Shown here: positions 1 through 11,260 of the stretch, in pieces | Layout: each line of letters starts with the position of its first letter | Numbering within the stretch: the stretch's first letter is position 1 | From: Octopus sinensis | Lineage: Eukaryota | Direction of reading: 5' to 3' | Assembly: GCF_006345805.1 (NCBI RefSeq) | Contig: NC_043008.1 | Location: forward strand, 69,750,001-69,814,000 | Length of the DNA: 64,000 nt | Made by a program: the position numbers and the translations under genes | Notes under the pieces: generated by a model | Database searches by the model: none | Told to the model about the DNA's origin: nothing | Seen by the model: the letters and a program-made list of their open reading frames with translations, nothing else

Positions 1-83
1 ATCCCAACAAACTTGCTGCCTTTGTGTCAAAATTGGAAACCATTATTATTATTATTATTATTATTATTGTTATTATTATTATT

Positions 84-286
84 GAGTGAGAGAACAGTTC
101 ATGCCATCAAAGTGACACTGGGGTAAAATATACGAAACCCAATATACCCATCATGACTACCCGTCTGATAAGGGTACACCAGGCACATGCATCACAACCA
201 CATGTGCACGACATGGTGATCTCACATCAAGATAAACAGCACATGACCTTGCAGGTGGGGCCCAGTTAGAATTTTCTTCTGGTCGA
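84..286 (-). repeat. Dispersed repeat ending in an (AAT)n tail; possible 3' UTR of a TAA-associated LINE
   Basis: About 200 bp of non-simple sequence abutting (ATT)n at 43-83. On the minus strand it runs into AAT repeats, the same polarity as the R4-like elements at 3.3-4.9 kb. Confidence 0.45.
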
Positions 287-968
287 AGGGCAGCAAGTTG
301 GCAGAATTGTTAGCACAGTGGGTGAGATGCTAAGCGATATTTTGTCAGTTACTACATTTTGAGTTCAAATTCCACTGAGGTCAGCTTTGCCTTTCATCCT
401 TTCGGGGTCGATAAATTAAGTACTAGCTGAGTAGTGGGGTCGATATAATTGACTTAACCCCTCCGCCCAAATTTCAGGCCTTGTGCCTATAGTTGAAAGG
501 ATTATTATTATCATTATTATTATTATTATTATTATTATATTATTATTATTATGGTGGCAAGCCGGCAGAATCGTTAGCATGCCAGGTAAAATGCTTACTG
601 GCATTTTGTCTGTCTTTACATTCAGAGATCAAATTCTGCTGAGGTCAACTTTGCTTTTCATCTTTTAGAGTCTATAAAATAAGTACCAGCTGAGCACTGG
701 GGTTGATGTAAGCGACTTACCCCTGCCCCAAAATTGCTGGCCTTGTGCCAAAATCATTGACAGTGAGCTGGCAGGATTGTTAGCACACCAGGCAAGATAG
801 TTAGCAGCATTTCATCTGTCTTTATATTCTGAGTTCAAATCCCGCCAAGGTCAACTTTTACCTTTCATCCTTTTGGGGTCAATAAAATAAGTGCCAGTTG
901 AACACCGAGGTCAATGTAATTGGCTTACTACATCCCCTGAACTTGCTGGCCTTGTGCCAAAATTTGAA
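287..968 (+). mobile_element. Three head-to-tail tRNA-derived SINEs, family A (287-502, 553-754, 761-968)
   Basis: Each has a TGGCAGAAT-GTTAG A-box-like head, a GAGTTCAAAT B box, the core CTTTGCCTTTCATCCTTT-GGGGTCGATAAA and a GGCCTTGTGCC 3' end. An ATT repeat separates the first two. The 3' end of a fourth copy is at 1-42. Confidence 0.9.
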
Positions 969-1654
969 ATCCTCCTCATCATCATCATCATTATTACATC
1001 TTTTATTTGCCACAAGAGCAATGGATAATAACATTAATCATTATAATAATAGAATTACATCATATCTATAATTTAAAATGGTAAAATTCTTCCAAGGAAA
1101 CCTGAATCCTCAAAGCATCTGCTTCTTGTTAACATCTTCAGCCACAATCAAACATATTTTTTTTCATCCAAATTCAATTTTAATGAATTTTCTTTCTTTC
1201 TTTTTCGTTTTCTCTGTTTGTGAATATGATATTCCTTTTTTTTTGCTCAGAAGAAAATAATAATAATAATAATAATAATAATACAAATCATCATCATCAT
1301 CATCATTATTATTGTTATTATTATTATTATTATTATAATTATTTTTATTTGCTAAGAAATTTTTCCCTCTTGGTTCATTCATGTTTAAAGCTTATGGTAG
1401 AATAGGCATTTATGTTTGTCTTTTGTGGTTGGTAATTTCCTTTTTTTGGCCACTAGGCAGGCTGTTGGGTAGGTTGGCATGTGTGCAGGTTGGTGTAAGG
1501 AGAGCATTGGTTATTGTTGTTGTTGGATAGAGTGGGATCAGGTAGAGTAAAGAAAAACTAGATACTATAGCAAAGAGAGTAACAACAACAACAACAATTG
1601 TAGCAACAACTATCACTACAAGAAACGACCGTAATATTTCTTCTGTCTTGAAAG

Positions 1655-1677
1655 TGTGCATTGATATATATACATAT

Positions 1678-1755
<78 letters not shown>

Positions 1756-2070
1756 ATATACACACACAAACACACATATATATGTATACACACACACACT
1801 CACATATATACATATACATAGATATATAGGTATGTATATATATATGTATATGTATATAGATATATGTATGTGTATACATATACATGTATATATATACATA
1901 CAAATACATATATATACGTATACATATGTGTATATATATACAAATATGCATATATACATACATATATGTATATATATATGTATATACACACACATATATA
2001 AGTATATATGTATACATTATATATATGTGTACGCATACAGCTATTTCTCTCTGTCCGTTTCTTTCTTTGC

Positions 2071-2117
<47 letters not shown>

Positions 2118-2201
2118 CACACACACACAAGCACACACACATATATGAAATAATAGATACAGGCGTGTATTCCACATACACGCATGTGAATATTCCCCAT
2201 A

Positions 2202-2267
<66 letters not shown>

Positions 2268-2275
2268 TATGAGTG
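1655..2275. repeat. Compound (TA)n/(CA)n/(TATG)n microsatellite
   Basis: Seen directly. Representative of dozens of such tracts (e.g. 5335-5650, 14760-15380, 18380-18820, 28020-28470, 44480-44800, 45200-45720, 63470-63790). Confidence 0.95.
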
Positions 2276-3062
2276 CATAGGCATATATAAATGCAAAACT
2301 ATATTAGATTGATGAAATAATCATTTGTTTAATATAATTGATTTCTCTCAATCTCTTTCTCTCTCACCCTCTCTCTTTCTCAATGTATATCACATTCTCT
2401 TCTGATATTCCTCTCTCTCTCTCTCTTAAGCTTTCACTTATTGTCTGTCTTCTTCACTTTCTACATACAGACCTACCTATCTGTCTGTCTGTCAGTCTAT
2501 CTATCTATCTATTGATCTATCTATCTGCTTTCTCAGTATACTGTATTTTGGAATCTCTAAGCTAATATTACTCCTTGCTCTAGAATGCAATCTTAGTGCT
2601 ATATCCTGCTATATCCTGCTGGAGTTAACATACAAGCTTAACTCAATTGTTAAATGAACATGTTTCCTCTACCGTTAAACTTCTCCACTCCCTCCAAATT
2701 GTTTTAAAACAAAGCTAGAAATACTTTCTTTTATAGAATTAAATCATTCAAGAGTCCATGTAATGTTCCTTGCCTACTAGTCACCAATTACATACCACCA
2801 GAGGGTTTATTCTGAATATTGGCTAGATTTATATGTAAACTGAGAAAAGATGCATTGCTCTAGCAAGCAACAATACTGATGAGATCCTGTAAGCTTGGAA
2901 CTATGATTGAAGCCACACTTAGTTTCTAGATGGATCAGCTTGATGGATGGCAAAATAAAATCATACTTCACCAAGGAACTCTGGGTAGCTGCATTTCACA
3001 AAGCTTCCTTACTCTCTTAACTGATCATGCATTATAGTACTTGTCAAAAATCATATCACACA

Positions 3063-3107
<45 letters not shown>

Positions 3108-3184
3108 CACATTCATATTTGTATTTATGTATATATATATATATATATACATACATATATATTTATGTATGTATATATATGTAT

Positions 3185-3335
3185 ATCATCATCATCATTG
3201 TTTAATGTTTGCCTTCCATGCTGATGTGGGTGGGATGGTTTGACAGGAGTTGGCCAGGCAGAAGCCGCCACCAGACTTCTGTGGCTGTTGTGGCAGGATT
3301 TTTACAGCTGCATGCCCTTCCTAACACCAACCACT
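3185..3335 (-). mobile_element. Family C element (RTE-type 3' tail ending in (GAT)n), 5'-truncated
   Basis: ATCATCATC...TTCCATGCTG...TTTACAGCTGCATGCCCTTCCTAACACCAACCACT, homologous to the copies at 8226, 10956, 55596 and 56690. Confidence 0.8.
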
Positions 3336-4458
3336 GAATATTTTTTTATCATACCTAATGCACCTACTATGATAGGAATTGTTTCTGTTTTTAGATTTCA
3401 CATTCGAGTCACCTCTATTTCTAAGTCTTTGTATTTTGAAAGTTTCTCCATTTCTTTTAGAGAATCGTTGTCATCTTCTGGTGTTGATACATCAATTAGA
3501 AAGCATTTTTTTCCTTCATGATCTCTGACAACTATATCTGGCCTATTGGCCTTAATTTCTCTGTCTGTGTGTATTGGCATATCCCAGAGTATGGTTACTC
3601 TCTAGTTTTCTGTGATCTTTTCTGGAATATGCCTATAACATCTTTTTTCTGTTGTTATTCCATAGTGTTGGCATAACTTCCAGTATATGTAGGTCCCAAC
3701 TCTGTCGTACCTGTGTATATATTCCTTCTTAGCCAGGACTGGGCAGCCAGAGATAATATGATTTATTGTTTCTTGTCCATCTCCACATATTCTGCAGGTA
3801 CTTACGTTTCTTTTCATAAAATGTTTTTGGTAATTTCTGGTGGGGAGGCTTTGGTCTTGTGCTGCAATTAAAAATCTTTCAGTCTCTGCTTTGAGCCCTG
3901 AGCTTCTCAATCATTGTTGGGATTTTTCTCTGTCTATTTCTTTTGCATTTAGTTTAGCCCAGTATTTGCCATGAAGGGGCTTTTCTTGCCATCGTTTTAT
4001 CATGGTCCGTTGCTGTTCTAGTTTTAGTTTAGATTTCATTTGTTTTATAACTTTTGTTGTTTCTTCTTCTTCTTCATATTTATTCAGTAGTATAACTTCT
4101 AGTTTGTATTTGTCAGCTTCCTTAAATACTGAAAACAGTTTTTTGTTTTGCTTGTGTTTTGTAGCTATTTGTATTAGTTTTCCTTGCTTCTGAAGTAGGT
4201 ATTTTGCAGTGCTATAGTGGTTATTTTGTAATAGTTTTCCAGCTGTATAAGGCCTCTACTACCTTCTATACGTTATATATATAGCCTTTCTATGTCAGAT
4301 TTTGGGTGGTGCATCCTAGATCCTGTCATTATTTTTCTTGTTTTCCTGTGTATTTTCGTTAGTTCATTTAGTGTCCAATTAAGGATATTGTAGCTGTAAC
4401 TTATAACTGGGACGGCTAAAGTGTTAATACCCATTATCTTGTGTTTAGCATTGAGCTC

Positions 4459-4462
<4 letters not shown>
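3336..4462 (-). pseudogene. 5'-truncated R4/Dong-like non-LTR retrotransposon: RT thumb, CCHC knuckle and restriction-like endonuclease, frameshifted
   Basis: Translations: KHKIMGINTLAVPVISYSY...MHHPKSDIERLYI; LKAETERFLIAAQDQSLPTRNY...CRICGDGQETINHIISGC; NRPDIVV...LIDVSTPED...KYKDLEIEVTRM; TIPIIVGALGMIKK. These are the R4-clade C-terminal motifs. Confidence 0.9.
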
Positions 4463-4498
<36 letters not shown>

Positions 4499-4516
4499 TT
4501 CATTATTATTATTATT

Positions 4517-4925
4517 TCATATGCACACAACAGATATTAAACTGTTGGAAAAAGAAAAAAATTCCTTACATCAGGTTTCAAGAAACCTTAAATACCAAAA
4601 ACCATCCAAAGTATTCTAGCTGTCCCTAACAACACTGTTTTCTGGAGCTGTACTAAACTGGGTTTTTTGCCTATTTCCTCTATCCATCTGTTCAAATCTT
4701 TTGGGATAGTTCTTAATGCACCTATAACTACAAGGTTACATTTTACCTGCACTTTCTATAGTCTCTGTAATTCAATGGCTATGCCCTAGTACTTTGCTAT
4801 TTTGTTTATACTTCTCATATTTACTTTCTCATAATTTGCATCTATAAAGTCAATTATTTGGCACTTTCTATTCTCTTTGTTTACTACTACTAAATGAGGC
4901 TTCTATTCTGTTTGTTTACGCCTAA

Positions 4926-4926
<1 letters not shown>
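4517..4926 (-). pseudogene. Second, divergent R4/Dong-like 3' fragment (endonuclease end plus 3' UTR)
   Basis: Decayed translation KPHLVVVNKENRKCQIIDF...IAIELQRL...VVIGALRTIPKDLNRWIEEIG...LQKTVLLGTARIL; (TAA)n on both sides. Confidence 0.8.
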
Positions 4927-4962
<36 letters not shown>

Positions 4963-4963
<1 letters not shown>

Positions 4964-5185
4964 AGGTGGTTAGCTAGCAGAATTGTTAGCACACTGGGCA
5001 AAATACTTAGTAGCATTTCATCCATCTGCATGTTCTGAGTTCAAATTCCGCCAAGGTCGACTTTGCCTTTCATCCTTTCGGGTTCAATTAATTATCAGTG
5101 AAACACTGGGGTCAACATAATCAATTAGTCTCCTCTCCACCAAATTTCAGGCCTTGTGCCTATTGTAGAAAGGATTATTATTACT
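4963..5185 (+). mobile_element. SINE family A
   Basis: Same head, B box and core as the 287-968 copies; ATT repeats on both sides. Confidence 0.88.
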
Positions 5186-5189
5186 ATTA

Positions 5190-5335
5190 TTCATTTTGTT
5201 CTTCATATACAAGTATGTGTGTATTGATTATGATTTTATTATATTTACTCAATTTTGGGAAAACTGAAGCATGTCTTTGACAATTCTTAAGCATATTGAA
5301 CTTATTTTATGAGTGACTTTTGGTCCACCCTGTAA
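5190..5335 (-). mobile_element. Tc1/mariner terminal fragment
   Basis: Minus strand reads TA-CAGGGTGGACCAAAAGTCAC, a CAGGGTG-type TIR following a TA target. Confidence 0.55.
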
Positions 5336-5382
<47 letters not shown>

Positions 5383-5398
5383 TGTATGTATGTATGTG

Positions 5399-5432
<34 letters not shown>

Positions 5433-5449
5433 GTATGTATGTATGTATA

Positions 5450-5523
<74 letters not shown>

Positions 5524-5535
5524 GGTATGTATGTA

Positions 5536-5577
<42 letters not shown>

Positions 5578-5597
5578 GGTATGTATGTATGTATGTA

Positions 5598-5652
<55 letters not shown>

Positions 5653-7157
5653 TGAACATTCCTGTGTCTCAATTATTGTGCTAACAAGCATGGAAATACA
5701 TCAGCAGCAAGTATCCGCTATTAATGACATGCTCAGACAGATTTAATCCCTCCTGATATAGAAAAACACTGATTAAGAAATCATTGGTGTCACAAATAAC
5801 TGGCAAGCTGGGTAAAAATTCACTGATAGAGACAGAAACAATATTGATTCAGAATATTCATCTGTACATCTTACTTAATGCTTACAGAAAGCCACAAAAC
5901 TGCAGTAATCATCTTGAGAAAGCTTTTTGTATCAACATATCATGCCAAACAAGGCCCAAAAGAGTACCAATAGCAGACAAAAAACATTCTGCAGCAATGG
6001 TTTAAAATTTTGATGATGTAATTGTATACTTCTAGAAAGACATTGTAGAGTATGTGTTACAGGTTAGATCTGGCTGGTCATGAATTAAAACAGATTGCAT
6101 ATAATGAGGTTGGACATGGCTGGATAAAGGCATGAAATTTCAATTTAATAAACTTATGTAACAGCTTATATTATAAATTCTCCCAATTATGTTAATCAGC
6201 TTACCTTGAGTCATTTACCCCAAATACATATTCAATATATACCCATATGTGTATATACACACATACATACACATTCAAACACACATGCATACGAGTCTTG
6301 AATTTATACATTTATGTATATATGAAATAATATATAGATTCTAATAATGCCATACAGATACCTGATTTAATGGTCTTCATGCAATTAAGCATTGTTGAGA
6401 ATAGCTAATTGGCCAATCAGTAATCAACAGAGCAGCTGTCACCTTAAATGCGTTTCCTGTTTATTGAAAAAGAACTAAACTGAAGATTTATTCTAAATAT
6501 GAGTGAATGAAGTAACCCGTACTCCCACACAATTGTTTGGTTTGCTTGAAGTAGCTGTCAAATTAAACCTCAAATAATTTCCTGTTTTTTATGTTTTTTA
6601 TAAAAAAAGACAAAGATAGGATGGTCATTGTTGGAATGCCCATAATCATAAGTTTGCTCAATTAAGTCTGACTTGGGGCTAAACAGCAGCAAAATCCAGA
6701 AAAGGATCACTTAACTGATTGGTACTCAATCACTAATGGACATACAACAGCCTCTGGCCCACAGGCAAACTGTCTCTGCTCTCTTTGTTTTCTATTGCTA
6801 CCATAATGACCTCTGTCCCTTGGAACTGGCTGATCTCATAACTCTAAACACTTAACTTTGGCCTGCTCATACCTCAACCACCGAGGCTCCCTGGACCCAT
6901 TCATCTCTCCATAGCTGAGCATCCTTGTTGCATCTAGCCCTGATGGCCTCTCACTACCAGCAACCACTATACCTTCACAGAATATCATCTCTCTGGAGTC
7001 TTCGTCCAGCTCATGTATTTTGTGTAACAGTTTAAACAGAACATGAAGGTTATCAAGCTCAACGGTTAAAAAGGTCTCAAAGGGCCTGTAAAGGTTATGG
7101 AAACAGCTCTTTCCTCCAGATACAACAAATGAAATGATAATGATGATGATGATGACA

Positions 7158-7680
7158 AGATCAAATTTTGGCACAAGGCCAGTGGTTTAGGGGAAGGGGT
7201 AATTTAATTACATAGACCCCAGTGATTCTATTAACTCTGAAATGATGAAAGGCAAAGCCAACCTCAACAGAATTTGAAATCAGAACTTAAAGATGGAGGA
7301 AAAGCTGCTAAGCACTTCACTTGGCACACTAATGATTCTGTCAGCTTGCTGCCTTAATAATAATAATGATGATAACAATGATTCTTTTAAGGCGGCAAAC
7401 TGGCAGAAGCATTAGCATGTCAGGTGAAATGCTTAGTAGTATTTCATCTGTCTTTACGTTCTGAGTTCAAATTCTGCCAAGGTTGATTCTGCCTTTCATC
7501 CTTTTGGGGTTGATAGATTAAGTATCAGTTGCATGGTCGATCTAATCGACTGCCCACCACCCCTCAAAAATTTCAGGCCTTGTGCCTAGAGTAGAAAAGA
7601 ATAATAATAATTCTTTCTACTACAGGTACAAGGCCTGAAATCTTTTGGCAGGAGCAGGGGCTGATTGATTTCAGCAAGTC
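7158..7680. mobile_element. Cluster of family A SINEs in alternating orientation (7158-7355 minus, 7390-7605 plus, 7612-7680 minus 3' fragment)
   Basis: GGCACAAGGCC / GGCCTTGTGCC ends and B boxes on alternating strands. Confidence 0.82.
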
Positions 7681-7701
7681 TGTTTCTTGATTGATACATT
7701 T

Positions 7702-7850
7702 AAGAAACAAGATGAAGAACAAAGTTTAAACAAGTGGAAAATGAAACTGATGCATGGGTAATACCTTAGAAAAATGGAAGAAAAAGACAAGACCAACAGC
7801 TGGAGGTGGTTAAGGAAAAGTGATCTAAAAGGATGTACTAGTAACCAGTT
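7702..7850 (+). pseudogene. Internal R4/Dong-like LINE fragment
   Basis: KKQDEEQSLNKWKMKLMHG*YLRKMEEKDKTNSWRWLRKSDLKGCT matches the MHGQY...SW.WL...LK..TE segment that precedes the zinc knuckle. Confidence 0.75.
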
Positions 7851-8047
7851 TGAAAACCAGAGTACAAGAAAGCTGAGAGAATTAGTTGGTCAAAATCCTT
7901 ATAGTATGAACAACTCTACATCTTCTTCCTGGTACTATCATATAAACTTTGTTTTAATGGGATCTAAATTAAAATTTTCCATCAAAATTTCAAGTCAGTT
8001 TATGTTCCAAAGTCAATAATAAAGTTATTTTACAAAATTCTTCATAT

Positions 8048-8210
8048 AGGTATAGGTGTGGTTATGTGGTTAGAAGCTTGCTTCCCAACCACATGGCTCT
8101 GGGTTCAGTCCCTCTATGTGACACCTTGGGCAAGTGCCTTTAACTATAGCCTCAGGCCAACCAAAACCTTGTGAGTGGACTTGGTAGACGGAAACTGAAA
8201 GGAGCCCACC

Positions 8211-8248
<38 letters not shown>

Positions 8249-8638
8249 TCATCATCGTTTAGCGTCCGTTTTCCATGCTAGCATGGGTTGGACGGTTCTA
8301 CTGGGGTCTGTGAAGCCAGAAGGCTTCATCAGGCCAAGTCAAATCTGGCAGTGTTTCTACGGCTGGATGCCCTTCCTAACACCAACCACTCCGTGAGTGT
8401 AGTGGGTGCTTTTTACGTGCCACCTGCACAGGTGCCAGACAGAGCTGGCAAACAGCCACGAATGGATGGTGTTTTTACGTGCCACCGGCTCGGGGGCCAG
8501 GCGAGGCTGGCAACGGACACGAACGGATGGTGCTTTTACATGCTACCGGCACGGGGGCCAGACAAGGCTGGCAACGGACACGAGCGGATGGTGCCTTTAC
8601 GTGCCAACGGCACGGGGGCCAGGCGAATATATATATAT

Positions 8639-8684
<46 letters not shown>

Positions 8685-8918
8685 AGTATATGGGTGTGTC
8701 TTTGTGCATGTGTTTGTCCCCCTACCATCACTTGACAACTGATGTTGGTGTGTTTACATCCCTGTAACTTAGCAGTTTGGCATAAGAGACCGATAGAATA
8801 AGTTCTAGGCTTACAAAGAATAAGTCTTGAGGTTGATTTGCTCAACTAAAAACCCTTAAATGTGGTGCTCCAGTATGACCACAGTCAAATGGCTGAAACA
8901 AGTAAAAGAATAAAAGAA
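8048..8918 (+). mobile_element. SINE family B (tRNA-like head, CORE-like CACCTTGGGCAAG, internal microsatellite) with a family C element nested at 8226-8626 on the minus strand
   Basis: 5' half at 8048-8215 and 3' half at 8686-8918. The nested C copy carries about 3.6 tandem copies of a 61-bp unit (GGTGCTTTTACGTGCCACCGGCACGGGGGCCAG...). Confidence 0.88.
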
Positions 8919-9495
8919 TTATCTTCAAATTGAATTGAAAAGCAGTAATGTATTTCATTAGAAATATGGTAACAAAAGGGTCAGACCTTTTAATACCAAC
9001 CTGAATGAATCCATCCTTGGTTCTATGATACAAACTTCCTGTTGTAAACAAATTTAAATTAAAATCTTCCATCAAAATTTTATGTCAATTTATATTCCAA
9101 TCACCAACTCAAAAATGATATTGTATTAAATTCTTCATTATTTTCAAAATTGGTTGAAACCAAGGGACTGTACTTTAACAGAAATATGGTAATAAAAGAA
9201 TCAAACCTTTTAATACCAGCCTGCATGAACCTGTCCTTGGTTCTATGATACAAAATTCCGGTTGTGAATTGATTTAAATTAAAATCTTCCATCAAAATTT
9301 CATGTCAATTTATATTCCAAAGTCAATAATATCAAATTCATTTTACAAAATTCTTCGTTATTTTCAAAATGAATTGAAACAAACATCATGTATTGCAACA
9401 GAAATGTAGTAACAAAAAGGTCAAACCTTTTAATGCCAGCCTGCATGAGCCCATCTTGGTTCTATGATACAAAATTCCTGTTATAAACTGATTTA

Positions 9496-10522
9496 CCATA
9501 AAACTCCATGTAATTTACGCAGGTGATTTTCAGGATAAAAATTGTTAAAAAATGCTTCTACTCGTGTAAAATTCACATCCAAAAGTTTTCCAAATTGCCG
9601 AGATGGCCAGGAAAAAAAGGCTTTCAATTTAATTGTATTTAGCATAATTTTACTTACTTAGGATTATATTTTATTAAATATTCATTAAATAAAAATAATT
9701 TCTGTTTAATAGGCATCACATTAAAAGCTATTAAATTACAAAATTTTTGTGTTGTTTATAATAAACTTTATTTTACATTTCTTGCCCAAAAGAGATTTTG
9801 TCCAATCTTTAGCATACTGCTGTATGTCTTCTCAAATCATGATCACAGGAAAAGTTGTTGATAAGAATTACCAACAAAAACAAAGGTGATAAATATGTAC
9901 AGGTGTTGCAAATTAAGTTTAATTACCAATAAACTACTACAACAACAACAGTAACAACAATAACACAACCCACCAACCCTTCTTCCACACCCTTCCACAT
10001 AAATGAAGCAGGTGTTGGTGGGAAAGGGCAGAGGAATTTCAGAACATGAGGTGAAAATGATAAAATTAGTAACATTGTTTACAGTGCAATGTTTTAGAGG
10101 TCAACAAGGGCATTATGTCTTACAAAAATTGCTAGGAAACGATTGGACACTTTACTCAACCAAATTAAATATGTAAAATATGGCTCAGACCGTGATTACC
10201 AGCATGGATGTCAGACTTCAAGATGTAGTTAACCATTTAATGGTTTTAGTAAATTTATACAGAAAAAGTAAGCATTATACCATTTAGCATAAGTGAAAGT
10301 CAACTTCATTATATTTAAGCCATTATTTTTTTCTGGAAAAATCTATTCTGACATTAAATGAGTCAACTTCCAGTATGAATGTTTATGTTTTGTACATCCT
10401 TTTTCAACAAGAAAAATTTCTAAAAAAATTCTGGAAACGATCTACTCATGTAATTTATGCACTCCTAATGTTTAATTTAATTTTTGCGAGAAAAATGTAT
10501 AAATTACATGGGTTTTTATGGT
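9496..10522. mobile_element. Non-autonomous DNA transposon with TA TSD and CCATAAAA TIRs (Tc2/pogo-like)
   Basis: TA-CCATAAAACTCCATGTAATTTA ... TAAATTACATGGGTTTTTATGG-TA, inserted in a MITE unit; second copy at 50172-50822. Confidence 0.75.
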
Positions 10523-10955
10523 AAATTAAAATCTTCCATCAAAATCTTGTTAATTTATAATCCAAATACCAGCTCAAAAATGATATTGTATTGAATTCTT
10601 CATTATTTTGAAAATTAGTTGAAACCAAAGCACTGTATTTCAAGAGAAATGTGGTAATAAAAGTGTTTAAGACATCATAAGAGCACATCTTTAAATAAAT
10701 AAAGAATGGTGCAATCAGCCTGGTTTACCCAAAGAGTATCCTTAATTGATTGACATGAGTGCTAGTATGGTTTCATATCCATTTCACTTAACATGCACAT
10801 AGCTTCAAGTGCAGTCCTACCATATGGTGGTATCTAGGGGAAGGGTTTTTTACAATAACCCCTGGCCAAACAATGGTTTATGAATGAAGTTGGGAGACAG
10901 AAACTGTGTGGAACCTGATATGCATGTGAATATACACACATACACATGTACACAC

Positions 10956-11260
10956 CATCATCATCATTTAATGCTGTCTTTTCTATGCTGGCATGGGTTG
11001 GATGGTTTGACAAGAACAGGAGGGCTGTGCCAAATTCTGTGTCAATTTTGGGATTGCTTCTCCAGTTTGATGTCTTTCCTAATACCAACCACTTAACAGA
11101 ATGTACTGGCTGTTTTTTATGTGGCACCAGCACTGGTGAGGTCACCAAGTACTTGCAGAATAAGACCCCTTGATTGAGTGCGATATAGACAGGAGGAATA
11201 AGAGCCTATGATAGAGGGAGAGGAGCAGGTGCCTTGCTGAAGAGGTAAATACATGGCTTG
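10956..11260 (-). mobile_element. Family C element
   Basis: CATCATCATCATTTAATG...TTCTATGCTGGCATGGGTTGGATGG...CTTTCCTAATACCAACCAC. Confidence 0.8.

Larger units (their letters stand above)
7895..10668. mobile_element. Tandem array of about four 220-bp piggyBac-like MITE units, interrupted by SINEs and a Tc2-like element
   Basis: Unit starts CCTTTTAATRCC at 8986, 9206 and 9426 (period 220). Units are homologous to the solo TTAA-flanked copy at 17053. The interrupted units resume at 8918 and 10523. Confidence 0.75.

Noticed and set aside
1680-1760. Recurrent single AA or TT phase shift within (TA)n arrays
   Set aside because: Occurs in most long TA tracts and may be a sequencing or assembly artefact; cannot be judged without reads.
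1410-2296. Long ORFs rich in Y/I/C/V/H/T here and throughout (e.g. 15735-16343, 26580-27545, 44294-44833)
   Set aside because: Translations of (TA)n, (CA)n, (TATG)n and (TAA)n microsatellites, which lack stops in some frames; no domain content.
2873-2905. CTGATGA hammerhead-like cores here and at about 27805 (minus), 44400 and 51718 (minus)
   Set aside because: None has a stem II followed by GAAA and a cleavage triplet.
6362-6456. Minus-strand exon-like segment containing the ATTGGCCAAT palindrome
   Set aside because: Weak donor (GTATCT), stops in all frames, no linkage to the other candidates; the CCAAT palindrome alone does not establish a promoter.
6836-7174. 112-aa minus-strand ORF
   Set aside because: Starts inside a SINE end and an ATC repeat; no recognisable motif.
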